NCBI GenBank assembly: GCA_963806985.1
Contig: CAWDZV010000003.1
Coordinates: forward strand, 611,277-675,276
DNA: 64,000 nucleotides
Reading direction: 5' to 3'
From: an uncultured Acidobacteriaceae bacterium
Lineage (GTDB): Bacteria > Acidobacteriota > Terriglobia > Terriglobales > Acidobacteriaceae
Below the pieces are notes generated by a model. That model was given only the letters and a program-made list of their open reading frames with translations, was not told where the DNA came from and made no database searches. This document shows, piece after piece, positions 10,043 through 19,144 of the stretch. Every line of letters starts with the position of its first letter. The first letter of the stretch is position 1. Position numbers and translations under genes: made by a program.

Positions 10043-10867
10043 TCAAGCTTCTTTATCGGCGCCTACGGTTTGCGTGTGGCGGTCGAGCATGGCGAGCAGA
10101 GGAGCGCGCAAAAAGGGGCTTCCCGCCAGCAAGCCGGAGATCAGGGGATTTTTCTGGTTGCAGCGCAATGCAGAATGGTCGAGTTTCAGCACCCAGCCTC
10201 CGGCGCTTTCGACGAGGGCCGCGCCAGCGGCAACGTCCCACTCATTTTTCGGAACCAGGGTGAAGGTGAGATCGGCACGACCGGCAGCGACGAGTCCTAG
10301 TTTGTAGGCGACAGAACCCATGGGGCGAATGTTGAATTCCGCGGACTCGAACTGCTTCCATTCTCCGCGCTTCACCTCGCTGCGGCTGGCGAGCACGAGC
10401 GCGCGGTGCAAATCTTTGCGCTGGCTCGGCTGTGCGGGCTGTCCGTTGTAGGTTACACCGGTATCACGCGAGCCGAGGATGAGTTCGTCGGTTGCGGGAT
10501 TGCAAATTCCGCCGGCGATCGGAATTCCGTTCTCGACCATCGCGATGGAAACGCAAAATTCGGGTATGCCCTGGACGAACTCGCGCGTGCCGTCGAGCGG
10601 GTCGACCACCCAGACACGTTGTTTGTCGAGACGAGTGAAATCGTCCACGGTCTCTTCCGAGAGCCAGCCTTCGCCGGCGCGAAGAAGCGTTTTGCGGAGA
10701 ATGTCATCGACCGCGCGGTCGGCTCCGGTGACCGGATCGTGCCCGACCTTGTATTCGGCTTCGATCGCGCCGGGAGTGAAGCGGTTCAGAACCGCGCGGG
10801 CCGCTTCGAGGGCGGCATGAATGCGTTCAAGAATTTCTGCAGATGAGGTCACTATGATGTTCTCCAC
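10043..10867 (-). CDS. cysQ: Inositol monophosphatase-family phosphatase, probably 3'(2'),5'-bisphosphate nucleotidase (PAP phosphatase)
   Basis: Carries IMPase motifs WVVDPLDGT and WDVAAG and has a GTG start. The CysQ assignment rests on its position beside the PAPS synthase and sulfotransferases. Confidence 0.6.
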   Translation of the reverse strand: MENIIVTSSAEILERIHAALEAARAVLNRFTPGAIEAEYKVGHDPVTGADRAVDDILRKTLLRAGEGWLSEETVDDFTRLDKQRVWVVDPLDGTREFVQGIPEFCVSIAMVENGIPIAGGICNPATDELILGSRDTGVTYNGQPAQPSQRKDLHRALVLASRSEVKRGEWKQFESAEFNIRPMGSVAYKLGLVAAGRADLTFTLVPKNEWDVAAGAALVESAGGWVLKLDHSALRCNQKNPLISGLLAGSPFLRAPLLAMLDRHTQTVGADKEA

Positions 10868-10881
10868 GGATAAGTGTGCTT

Positions 10882-10963
10882 ATTGAATCATTGAGAGATT
10901 GAATCATTGAATCATTGGGACTGTCGATTAATGACTCAATGATTCAATGTCAAAATGAATCAA
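10882..10963. repeat. Low-complexity palindromic intergenic element built from ATTGAATCATTGA oligomers
   Basis: The left arm attgaatcattgag..gaatcattgaatcattggg is complementary to the right arm ctcaatgattcaatg. It lies between the cysQ-like start and the TauE-like stop. Confidence 0.6.
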
Positions 10964-10970
10964 CGCTTCT

Positions 10971-11741
10971 TTACACCCACAGCATGCGCGCTCCGGTGAT
11001 CAGCAAAATTGTGCACAAGATTCGACGCAGCCAGAGTACTGGAACGCGCGTCGTCAAATAGGAACCAAGCATGCCGCCGGGGATCGAACCGAGCAGCAAA
11101 GCGCCGACCAGATGACCGTCGACGTTGCCTGCACGCCAATGCAACAGGCTGGTCATGCCGGTGAGAAGCACGGCGTGGGCAATGTCGGTGCCGACCATGA
11201 TCCTGGGTGGAAACGAATAAAACAAAAGAAGCAACATCATGATGATGCTGCCGGAACCAACCGAAGTGATACCGACCAGAAATCCGCCCGCCAATCCAAT
11301 CACAGCCATGAAGGCAAAAGACTGCATCGTGGGCTGGCGTCCGACGAGATGGTCTTCGATCCGCTTTTGGAAGAGAAGCAGAGCGGGAATGATAACCAGC
11401 AGCAAGCCGACGGCAGACTTGATGAAATCGTTGACGCCCGCGCCATGGACCTGGCGCAGATGCACCAGAAAAGTGACGCCGAAATAAGAGCCGGGAATGC
11501 TGCCGATGGCGAGCGCCACAACGACTTTTCTACGCACCGTGCCTTTGCGCAAGTGGATGAGGCTGGCGGGAATTTTGGTGAAGAAGTTACACAGGGCATC
11601 GCTGCCGACGGCAATGATGGCGGGCACATGCAGTCCAAAGATGAGCATGGGCAGCAGCAATACGCCGCCCCCCAGACCTGTCAACCCGATCAGCGTTCCG
11701 ACTGTGAAGCCGATCAGCACTTTTAGCAGCAAGAAGTCCAT
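10971..11741 (-). CDS. TauE/SafE (DUF81) family anion permease
   Basis: 256-aa polytopic membrane protein. Its two halves have Gly-rich helices (GLTGLGGGVLLLP, GITSVGSGSIIMM) typical of the family. Confidence 0.65.
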   Translation of the reverse strand: MDFLLLKVLIGFTVGTLIGLTGLGGGVLLLPMLIFGLHVPAIIAVGSDALCNFFTKIPASLIHLRKGTVRRKVVVALAIGSIPGSYFGVTFLVHLRQVHGAGVNDFIKSAVGLLLVIIPALLLFQKRIEDHLVGRQPTMQSFAFMAVIGLAGGFLVGITSVGSGSIIMMLLLLFYSFPPRIMVGTDIAHAVLLTGMTSLLHWRAGNVDGHLVGALLLGSIPGGMLGSYLTTRVPVLWLRRILCTILLITGARMLWV

Positions 11742-11756
11742 GCCGTATTTCGAGGA

Positions 11757-11785
11757 GTTCCCGGTTCCCAGTTTTCAGTTCTCAG
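11757..11785. repeat. GTTCCCAG/GTTCTCAG oligomer repeat, arm upstream of the TauE-like gene
   Basis: The sequence gttcccggttcccagttttcagttctcag is the inverted partner of 11997-20. The same family occurs at 50563-50657. Confidence 0.55.
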
Positions 11786-11957
11786 TAAAGGCAAAACCTT
11801 GTTAGCAGAACCTGTTTCGCAAAACCTTGTTTAGCAGAAGCATGTTAAGGAACCGAGAAAGTGAAAATCGGCGCTGAGAGCCGGTTTCCAGAAGACATTA
11901 TCGCATAAAGTCCATCGTAATAATAGGCTTTGTTGACATCATCAGGCACTTACGGCA

Positions 11958-12020
11958 GTTTCCCGGTTCCCAGCCACGCAAAATCGCGCCAAACGACTGA
12001 GAACTGAGAACTGGGAACTG
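11958..12020. repeat. GTTCCCAG/CTGAGAAC palindromic element directly downstream of the PAPS synthase stop
   Basis: gtttcccggttcccag ... ctgagaactgagaactgggaactg forms an imperfect hairpin abutting the stop codon at 12026. Confidence 0.55.
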
Positions 12021-12025
12021 CCTTT

Positions 12026-13903
12026 CTAGCCGTTGCCGTTGGCTGCGACAAAGCCCTCGCGTTCCAGGTGCAAAATAATGGTCTGCGCCGCCTCCTCGGG
12101 ACTCAACTTGGCAGTGTCAATCACCACCTCGGCGTCGGTGGGCGCCTCGTAGGGGTCGGAAATGCCGGTGAATTCCTTTACGATGCCGGCGCGCGCCTTG
12201 GCGTACAGGCCTTTGCGGTCGCGCTGTTCACAGACTTCGATCGAAGTCGCCGCGTGCACGAGGATAAAGCCGCCGAAAGGTTCAATCATCTGCCGCACGG
12301 CTTGCCGCGTCGCCGCATAAGGAGCGATCGGTGCGCAGATCGCGATACCGCCGTTCTTAGTGATTTCGGAGGCGACATAGCCGATGCGGCGAATGTTGAT
12401 GTCGCGATGTTCCTTTGAGAAGCCCAATTCCGACGACAGGTTCTTGCGCACCAGGTCGCCATCGAGCAGCGTGACCGGGCGTCCACCCATTTCCAGGAAT
12501 TTCGTGATCAAAGCGTTGGCGATGGTGGACTTGCCTGAGCCTGAAAGCCCGGTGAAGAAGATCGTGACGCCTTGTTTGTGCCGTGGCGGATAACTGCGGC
12601 GCAATTCCTGCACCACTTCGGGATAAGTGAACCACGCAGGGATGTCGCGGCCTTCGTTCAAGCGCTTCCGCAGTTCGGTACCCGAGATGTCGAGCACCTT
12701 GGCGCCCGGCGGCACTTCATCGGCCGGAACGTAGCGGTCTTCATTCTGCAGATACATCATCATCTGGAAGGGAACCATCTTTAAGCCCGTTTCGGCTTCG
12801 TGCTTCTTGAAGAGTTCCTGCGCGTCATAGGGGCCGTAGAAGTTCTTGCCGTCGGTATCTTTTCCGGGTCCGGCATGATCGCGACCGACGATGAAATGGG
12901 TGCAGCCATGATTCTTGCGGATCAAGCCGTGCCACAGCGCTTCGCGCGGGCCGCCCATGCGCATGGCCAGAGGCAGCATGGAAAGTTTGACGGTGCCGTG
13001 CGGATATTTCGCGAGCAGCAGTTCGTAGCAGCGCGTGCGGACAAAATAATCCACGTCGCCGGGCTTGGTCATGCCGACCGACGGATGGATGAGCAAATTG
13101 GCCTCGACTTGCTTGGCGGCGCGCATGGTCAGTTCGACGTGCGCGCGATGCATGGGATTGCGTGTCTGGAAAGCTACGACGGTGGTCCAGCCCAAACGTC
13201 CGAATTCGGCGCGCAAATCGGCGGGGGTGAGGCGCAGCGCGCGGAAGTCGTAATGGGATGGAGCCTGCAATTCTTCAATGGTCCCACCCACGTACCAGGG
13301 GTTCGATTTGTTGATGGCGTAGTCAGCGCCTGGGTGCGCGGCGCTGGTAGAACCAAACACGCACTGGGCTTCGACCTTCCGGTCAGGCTGCCACACATCT
13401 TCGACGCTAAGGACGGCGAGCATGACGCCTTCGGGATCGCGCAGCGCGATCTTGCTCGATCCGGGCGTGAGCTTCTTGGCTAAATCTTCGCTGACGTCGA
13501 GAGTGATCGGCATGGGCCACAGAGTCCCGTTGGCGAGCCGCATGTTGTGGCACACGCCCTCATAATCGGCGCGGTTCATAAACCCGCGCAGCGGAGAAAA
13601 GCCACCGCTCATCAGCAATTCCAGATCGCAAAGCTGCCGGGCGCTCAGGTCCCATGAGGGCCAGTCTTTCGAGTGCACCTTTAACTCCGCGGCGCGTGCG
13701 GCCGGCACTTGCAGTTGGACAAGCTCTCCCCCATGGGGGGCAATCAGATGGCTGCTTGAGGCGGTCAAGTCCTTATTCCTCCAGGTGTTTACGGCGGTGG
13801 GCACTTCGCTTTTAACTTCCTCGCTCTTAACTTCTTCGCTTTTAACTTCAAGGTTTACTTCAAATTTATGCTTCTGCGGCGTACCAGTATCTTTGGGACT
13901 CAT
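12026..13903 (-). CDS. sat/cysC: Bifunctional sulfate adenylyltransferase / adenylylsulfate kinase (PAPS synthase)
   Basis: ATP sulfurylase motifs QTRNPMHRAH and HPSVGMTKPGD are followed by an APS kinase P-loop FFTGLSGSGKSTIA. The N-terminus carries a 15-nt tandem repeat encoding EVKSEEVKSEEVKSE. Confidence 0.85.
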   Translation of the reverse strand: MSPKDTGTPQKHKFEVNLEVKSEEVKSEEVKSEVPTAVNTWRNKDLTASSSHLIAPHGGELVQLQVPAARAAELKVHSKDWPSWDLSARQLCDLELLMSGGFSPLRGFMNRADYEGVCHNMRLANGTLWPMPITLDVSEDLAKKLTPGSSKIALRDPEGVMLAVLSVEDVWQPDRKVEAQCVFGSTSAAHPGADYAINKSNPWYVGGTIEELQAPSHYDFRALRLTPADLRAEFGRLGWTTVVAFQTRNPMHRAHVELTMRAAKQVEANLLIHPSVGMTKPGDVDYFVRTRCYELLLAKYPHGTVKLSMLPLAMRMGGPREALWHGLIRKNHGCTHFIVGRDHAGPGKDTDGKNFYGPYDAQELFKKHEAETGLKMVPFQMMMYLQNEDRYVPADEVPPGAKVLDISGTELRKRLNEGRDIPAWFTYPEVVQELRRSYPPRHKQGVTIFFTGLSGSGKSTIANALITKFLEMGGRPVTLLDGDLVRKNLSSELGFSKEHRDINIRRIGYVASEITKNGGIAICAPIAPYAATRQAVRQMIEPFGGFILVHAATSIEVCEQRDRKGLYAKARAGIVKEFTGISDPYEAPTDAEVVIDTAKLSPEEAAQTIILHLEREGFVAANGNG

Positions 13904-14600
13904 CCCATGATTCCTTCCTCACCCGTGGACGCGTGGAGATTTTGAGGGGCCGGTCCGATAGGCGAACTACTTTCAAGTTGGACAACAAACGTTGGACTCC
14001 AACCAATAAAAAATCCGTGTCTTGATTTGAGGGAGCAATTCGACTTCCGTATAACGGCAGAGAGGTGTTTGTAAGGCATTGAAGCCATTTAACAATCCTG
14101 TTTACGGAAGCTTTTCGTTGCGTGCAATCTGGGTCGAAGTGAAAAAAGTTGCGCTATTCCACCCTGACAGGGAAATAAAGATGCAAATCCTACTGACTGA
14201 TCGCCCGGATGAAAAAACCCCCATAACGCTTATATTCTGAAACCGTAAGCAGCTCGATTCTAGCAGTTAGCCAATCAGGCAGCAGCATCGGCCGATGGAA
14301 TAGCCAATCATAAGTAACTGCTCGCGGATTTGGGCGGTAGGATGTTGCGCTGTTATAGCGGATTTTGTTTTCGATTTTAATAGCGCGTAGCGGGTGCAAA
14401 ATGGAGAAATAAGTTGGTTAGGCAGATGGCTCATTTTCCTGCACCAGAGTTACTTTCGGAACCCGAGAAGCGCAAAAACCCTGTGCTACAATTTGGTTCT
14501 CCTGCAAAGATTTAGTCGAGAACTTAGCGAAGCCGGTGCGGAAAAAAAGCCAATCGAAGATTAGCCAATTCGAGGCTAGCGAATCCCACGTTTAAATCTT

Positions 14601-15965
14601 ATGGCGAGCAAGAAGATTGTCATTATCGGGGCGGGACCGACCGGACTCGGTGCGGCCTATCGTCTCCACGAACTGGGCTACGATAACTGGGTTCTTTACG
14701 AGAAATCGGATGACGTCGGGGGCCATGCTACCTCGCATGTAGACAAGCACGGGTTTGTCTGGGACGAGGGCGGGCACGTCATCTTTTCGCACTATCCTTA
14801 TTTTGATCGGCTGATCGACAAAGTGCTGGGCAAAGAGGTTCACGAGCGCATTCGCGAAAGCTGGATCGTAAAGGGCGAATCGTGGGTCCCGTATCCTTTT
14901 CAGAGCAATCTGCGCTACCTGCCGAAAGAAGTTCAGGTCAGTTGCCTGATTGGAGCGGCCAAAGCGGCATCTAATGGAAGCGGACGTGAAGCGGGGAACT
15001 TTCGCGACTGGATTCTGGCCACGATGGGCGAGGGCATCGCGGAAGAATTCATGTTTCCCTACAACTCGAAGGTCTGGACGACCCCGCTCGAACAGATGTC
15101 GAAGACCTGGATCGCGGAGCGCGTGGCGGCGATAGATTTCAAACGACTGCTGGAAAACGTTCTCTATGAACGCGACGACGTGGCGTGGGGGCCGAACAGC
15201 AAATTCAAGTTTCCGCTGCATGGTGGAACCGGCGAAATCTACCGCCGCATAGCCGCATTCTTCACCAGGAAGATACAGCCGGGAAAGCAGTTGGCGGAAG
15301 TTGACCTGGCGCAACGCCGGATCTCGTTCGCCGATGGCACAGGCGACAACTACGATGTGCTGATCTCAACCGCGCCCCTGGATCTGCTCACGAAGATGAT
15401 CAAACCGACGGATAACCGGCTACTGGATGCTGCCCAGGGTCTGGAGCACAATAATCTGCTCGTGGTCGGCCTCGGCTTGAAGAAGAAGATCGAGACCGGG
15501 CGGTGCTGGATTTACTTCACCGACGCGCAGATGCCCTGCTATCGCGCCACCTACTTTTCACACTACTCACCCAACAACGTGCCGAACGGCGATATCGAGC
15601 ACTACAGTTCACTGATGTGCGAGATGTCGTTCCCTGTGGGAGAAACGCCCGACCCGGAAAAGGTGCTGGATCAGGTAACGACCGAACTGATTCGGACGCA
15701 TATGCTGGAAGAGTCGGATCGTGGCCGTATCGTTTCCCGCTATCACCGGACGGTTGGTTACTCGTATCCGATTCCCACGCTCGGGCGCGATCGCGCGCTT
15801 GAGGTGCTGCAACCGGCGCTACTGGAAAAGGGCATTTATTCGCGCGGACGTTTTGGCGCCTGGCGATATGAAATTGGAAATATGGACCACTCGGTGCTGA
15901 TGGGTGTGGAAGCGGTCAATCACATCGTGGCGGGTGAGAAGGAGCTGGTTTTTCACAGTTCGTAA
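14601..15965 (+). CDS. UDP-galactopyranose mutase, eukaryote-type flavoenzyme
   Basis: Motifs are IVIIGAGPTGLGAA, GGHVIFSHYPYFD, WVPYPFQSN, WIAERVAA, WGPNSKFKFPLHGGTG, CWIYF..YRATYFSHYSPNN and RGRFGAWRYEIGNMDHSVLMGVEAVNHIV. From memory, these blocks are collinear with fungal/protozoan UGM. Confidence 0.8.
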   Translation: MASKKIVIIGAGPTGLGAAYRLHELGYDNWVLYEKSDDVGGHATSHVDKHGFVWDEGGHVIFSHYPYFDRLIDKVLGKEVHERIRESWIVKGESWVPYPFQSNLRYLPKEVQVSCLIGAAKAASNGSGREAGNFRDWILATMGEGIAEEFMFPYNSKVWTTPLEQMSKTWIAERVAAIDFKRLLENVLYERDDVAWGPNSKFKFPLHGGTGEIYRRIAAFFTRKIQPGKQLAEVDLAQRRISFADGTGDNYDVLISTAPLDLLTKMIKPTDNRLLDAAQGLEHNNLLVVGLGLKKKIETGRCWIYFTDAQMPCYRATYFSHYSPNNVPNGDIEHYSSLMCEMSFPVGETPDPEKVLDQVTTELIRTHMLEESDRGRIVSRYHRTVGYSYPIPTLGRDRALEVLQPALLEKGIYSRGRFGAWRYEIGNMDHSVLMGVEAVNHIVAGEKELVFHSS

Positions 15966-16016
15966 ACATGGTTCTCTTAGCATAAGGAGCCGTGAAGGAG
16001 CACGCTTTTTTGCGAG

Positions 16017-16092
16017 TTGTCATCCTGAGCGAAGCGAGGGATCTGCACTCTGTGGCGAAACTGCAGATCCCTCGCTTCGCTCGGGATGACAA
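16017..16092. repeat. 31-bp-stem perfect-type hairpin repeat (TTGTCATCCTGAGCGAAGCGAGGGATCTGCA / inverse), likely terminator/REP-like
   Basis: Left arm 16017-16047 and right arm 16062-16092 are complementary with one G-U position and a 14-nt loop. It lies 50 nt after the UGM stop. A related half copy is at 57169-57196. Confidence 0.75.
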
Positions 16093-16164
16093 AATCCGGG
16101 AATTGGGGTTAACGAGCTAAGGTCCACGTTCCCCGGACGCTGTAGAGAAAGTTGTTAGATATTC

Positions 16165-17163
16165 ATGGAGTTTGTGGCGACAACCTCGACCAATCCGGCA
16201 CCTAAGGTCAGCGTGATCATCCCCAGCTATAAGACCGCTGATCTGATCGCGGCTTGCCTCGATTCCGTCTTTGCGCAGACCTATTCGGATTTCGAGGCGA
16301 TCGTCGTCAACGACGGCTCTCCGGATACGCCCCAGCTGGAAAAGGCGCTGCAGCCCTACATCTCCCGAGAAAAAGAGCGCCTCGTCTACATCAAACAGGA
16401 GAACAAGCGCGCCGCTGCCGCGCGTAATAACGCCATTCGGCAGGCTCGCGGCGAGTTCGTCGCCTTTCTTGACAGCGATGACAGTTGGTATCCGAATCAC
16501 CTGGCGGCGCAGATGCAAATGATCGCCGACGATCCGTCGCTCGATCTGGTCTATGCCAATGCTCTGCTGGTTGGCGATCCGGCGAATGAGCGGCCGTTTA
16601 TGGATAAGTGCCCGTCTCATGGGCAGGCTACCTTCGAAGCTTTGATTGTGGAGCGCTGCCAGATTCCGATTTCAACCGTGGTCGCTCGCAAGCGCAGTTT
16701 GATGGATGCGGGGTTGTTCGATGAAAAGCTCGCGCGCTGCGACGATTACGATATGTGGGTGCGTACTGCATTCAGCGGCGCGAAAATCGGCTATGGGCGA
16801 GCGCTTCAGGCCCGCCTGTTTATTGGCCGGCCGGGCTCTCTCAGCGTATCCCGCGCCAAGATGGCGGAAGCTTACTGGTGTATTCTGGAGAAGTTCCAGC
16901 GGACTTTGCCGCTGCAAGATGTTGATCGCGCGGTGGTCGAAAAGCGCGCCGCCGAGATTCACGCCCGCTATTTGCTTGAAGAGGGCAAATGCAAGCTGGA
17001 AGAACGCCAGTTTGACAAGGCGCGGGAGTTGATTGCCGAGGCCAACGGCTTTTTGCACAGCGCCGCGCTGAGTCTGGCCGTCGTCGGCTTGGGCATCGCG
17101 CCCGGCGCTACCACCAAGATGATGTCTTTCTGGAGTTGGATTCGGCACGGAGCCACGGCGTGA
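16165..17163 (+). CDS. Family 2 glycosyltransferase
   Basis: Contains VSVIIPSYKTADLIAACLDSVFAQTYSDFEAIVVNDGSPD and the FLDSDD DxD motif. Confidence 0.8.
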   Translation: MEFVATTSTNPAPKVSVIIPSYKTADLIAACLDSVFAQTYSDFEAIVVNDGSPDTPQLEKALQPYISREKERLVYIKQENKRAAAARNNAIRQARGEFVAFLDSDDSWYPNHLAAQMQMIADDPSLDLVYANALLVGDPANERPFMDKCPSHGQATFEALIVERCQIPISTVVARKRSLMDAGLFDEKLARCDDYDMWVRTAFSGAKIGYGRALQARLFIGRPGSLSVSRAKMAEAYWCILEKFQRTLPLQDVDRAVVEKRAAEIHARYLLEEGKCKLEERQFDKARELIAEANGFLHSAALSLAVVGLGIAPGATTKMMSFWSWIRHGATA

Positions 17164-17226
17164 TCGGCTTGCATGGCAAACTGATGCGCAGGGCGGGTTG
17201 GGGTGGGATATTCGGGATTGGGCACA

Positions 17227-18084
17227 ATGATTAAGCGTTTGATCGCAGGAGGAAAATATTTTTTCGGGTTGCATCCGCCCGGCCGCAATGTGCAGGTTTT
17301 TCCCGACGACGTTTTTCTTGTTTCGTATCCCAAGTCGGGCAATACCTGGACGCGGTTTCTGATTGCCAACCTGGTCTACCCGGAAAGGAATCCCGATTTT
17401 TCAAATATTAACGAATTAGTGCCCGACCCGGAGGCGATGGCGAAGAGGGACCTGGAGTGCGCGACGCGCCCTCGCCTGCTCAAAAGCCATCAATACTTCG
17501 ATCCCCGGTATCCGAAAGTGATCTATATCGTTCGCGATCCGCGCGACGTCGTGCTTTCGGAGTTTTACTTCGATATTAAACGGCGGGCCATCCCAGACGA
17601 TTTTCCGCTGCCGGAATTTGTAGCACGGTTTGTTCGCGGGGAGGTGAGCCACCAGTCTGGAACGTGGTTCGAAAATGCGGCTTCGTGGTTTTATACGCGT
17701 CGCGGTGATTCTCGATTTTTGCTGGTGAAATACGAGGCGCTGCAGTCGCAGGCCATGGACGAGATGGAAAGAATCGCAAGTTTTCTCGGGATTTCAACCG
17801 ACCAGGAACGGCTTGCCTTCGCTATCAAGCAGAGTTCCGCGGATCGAATGCGTGAACTGGAAAAGAAGCAGGCGCATCTGTGGTCTTCGACGCGGGAGAC
17901 TCGAAAAGACAAGCCGTTTGTCCGCTCCGCCAAGTCAGGAGGCTGGAAAACCGAGTTATCGGAGTCGAGCGTCGCGGAAATTGAATCGGCCTGGAGCGGA
18001 CTGATGCGCGATATGGGCTATGAATTGGCCGGGTCTAGCCTGGTGGGCGCGAGGCGGGTTCATTCGGGACTGGAGGATTTGTAA
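17227..18084 (+). CDS. PAPS-dependent sulfotransferase (paralog 1)
   Basis: Has the 5'-PSB motif YPKSGNTWTRF and the 3'-PB motif RDPRDVVLSEF. ATG 17227 is preferred over GTG 17203. Confidence 0.8.
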   Translation: MIKRLIAGGKYFFGLHPPGRNVQVFPDDVFLVSYPKSGNTWTRFLIANLVYPERNPDFSNINELVPDPEAMAKRDLECATRPRLLKSHQYFDPRYPKVIYIVRDPRDVVLSEFYFDIKRRAIPDDFPLPEFVARFVRGEVSHQSGTWFENAASWFYTRRGDSRFLLVKYEALQSQAMDEMERIASFLGISTDQERLAFAIKQSSADRMRELEKKQAHLWSSTRETRKDKPFVRSAKSGGWKTELSESSVAEIESAWSGLMRDMGYELAGSSLVGARRVHSGLEDL

Positions 18085-18175
18085 TTGGTGATTTTTAATT
18101 GGTAATTTGAAAATCGCGATTGAAAACCACTAGCGAAGGGGTTGCAATTACAAATTACAAATTACCAATTGCAAA
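18077..18175. repeat. ATTTGTAATTGGTAATTTG / CAAATTACCAATTACAAAT palindromic element, copy 1
   Basis: Imperfect inverted arms at 18077-18114 and 18142-18175. The element covers the stop of sulfotransferase 1 and ends at the SD of sulfotransferase 2. Confidence 0.7.
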
Positions 18176-18188
18176 TGAGGGTTGGAAG

Positions 18189-19061
18189 ATGATCAAGCAC
18201 TTAGTGGCTGGGATACAACGCGGACTTGGGCTGCACCGGCCCGCGCGCAGCCTCCTCATTCTTCCGGATGATATTTTTCTGGTTTCCTTTCCGAAATCGG
18301 GCAATACCTGGACGCGCTTTCTCCTTGCCAATCTCAGATTTCCGGAACAGCCCGCGACCTTTGAGAACATCAATCGGTTGATTCCAGATCCTGAGGGTAC
18401 GGCGAAAAGGGATTTCGAACGCATGCCGCGGCCACGCATTATCAAGAGTCATGAGTGCTTCGATCCTCGCTATCCACGCGTGGTTTACATCGTGCGCGAT
18501 CCGCGCGATGTTGTGGTTTCGCAATACCACTATCATCGCAAGCTTAGAAAAATCGAAGACGATTCGCCCATCGAGAAATTTGTTACGCGCTTTCTTGCTG
18601 GCGAAACCTGTCCGCACGGGTCGTGGGGACAAAACATCGCTACCTGGCTGTATACGAGCGAGGGAAGTCCCCGGTTTCTTTTGCTGCGTTACGAAGATCT
18701 GGTCGCCGATACCGCCCGCGAACTGGGCAAAGTCGTAGAGTTTCTGCATCTCACGGCCGGCCCCGAATTGATTGCTCGAGCGGTGGAGCGAAGCTCGGCC
18801 GATAGCATGCGGAAACTTGAAAAGAAGCAGCCGGACAAGAATGAATTGATGAAAGGCTCGCGCAAGGACCTTTCGTTTATACGGGCTGCCGGCTCTGGCG
18901 GATGGCGTAAGGATTTGCCCGCATCCGAGGCTGCCAGAATCGAGGTGGCATGGGGACCGCTGATGCAACGTCTGGGATATGAGTTGAGTTCAGCTATTTC
19001 TGCCGAAGCGCGAGACGGTGATACGTTCGGAGTGCTCAGCGGCAGCGGTAGACATTTGTAA
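18189..19061 (+). CDS. PAPS-dependent sulfotransferase (paralog 2)
   Basis: Motifs are FPKSGNTWTRF and RDPRDVVVSQY. The ATG at 18189 is preceded by gaggg. The ORF-track extension from 18120 translates the repeat element. Confidence 0.8.
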   Translation: MIKHLVAGIQRGLGLHRPARSLLILPDDIFLVSFPKSGNTWTRFLLANLRFPEQPATFENINRLIPDPEGTAKRDFERMPRPRIIKSHECFDPRYPRVVYIVRDPRDVVVSQYHYHRKLRKIEDDSPIEKFVTRFLAGETCPHGSWGQNIATWLYTSEGSPRFLLLRYEDLVADTARELGKVVEFLHLTAGPELIARAVERSSADSMRKLEKKQPDKNELMKGSRKDLSFIRAAGSGGWRKDLPASEAARIEVAWGPLMQRLGYELSSAISAEARDGDTFGVLSGSGRHL

Positions 19062-19140
19062 TTTGCAATTTGTAATTGGTAATTTGAGATCAAAAGCAAA
19101 GGCGTTCAAATTACCAACTACAAATCGCAAATTACCAATT
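19054..19140. repeat. ATTTGTAATTGGTAATTTG palindromic element, copy 2
   Basis: Arms at 19054-19087 and 19106-19140 are about 34 bp and near-complementary, with an 18-nt loop. It sits between sulfotransferases 2 and 3. Confidence 0.75.
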
Positions 19141-19144
19141 CATC

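Noticed and set aside
12026-13903. Treating the sat/cysC gene as ordinary assimilatory sulfate-reduction machinery.
   Set aside because: This is not fully rejected. However, no cysH/cysI/cysJ-type genes are adjacent, while three sulfotransferases and a PAP-phosphatase-like gene are. The sulfation role is therefore favoured and flagged as inference.
14592-15314. 240-aa minus-strand ORF antisense to the UDP-galactopyranose mutase gene.
   Set aside because: It is a shadow ORF of a GC-rich coding region with an Arg/Pro-rich, motif-less translation. The plus-strand frame has strong family motifs. The same reasoning applies to 730-1266, 5129-5734, 7030-7752, 12800-13483, 16117-16620, 16672-17274, 18201-18968, 19671-20240, 20656-21747, 25163-25906, 31139-31870, 32804-33412, 34436-34975, 37130-37624, 38518-39243, 40563-41081, 42784-43311, 45844-46299, 46402-46944, 47140-47751, 48632-49210, 50194-50727, 50589-51392, 51367-52254, 52398-53273, 54592-55209, 56233-56760, 57226-57825 and 63529-63975.
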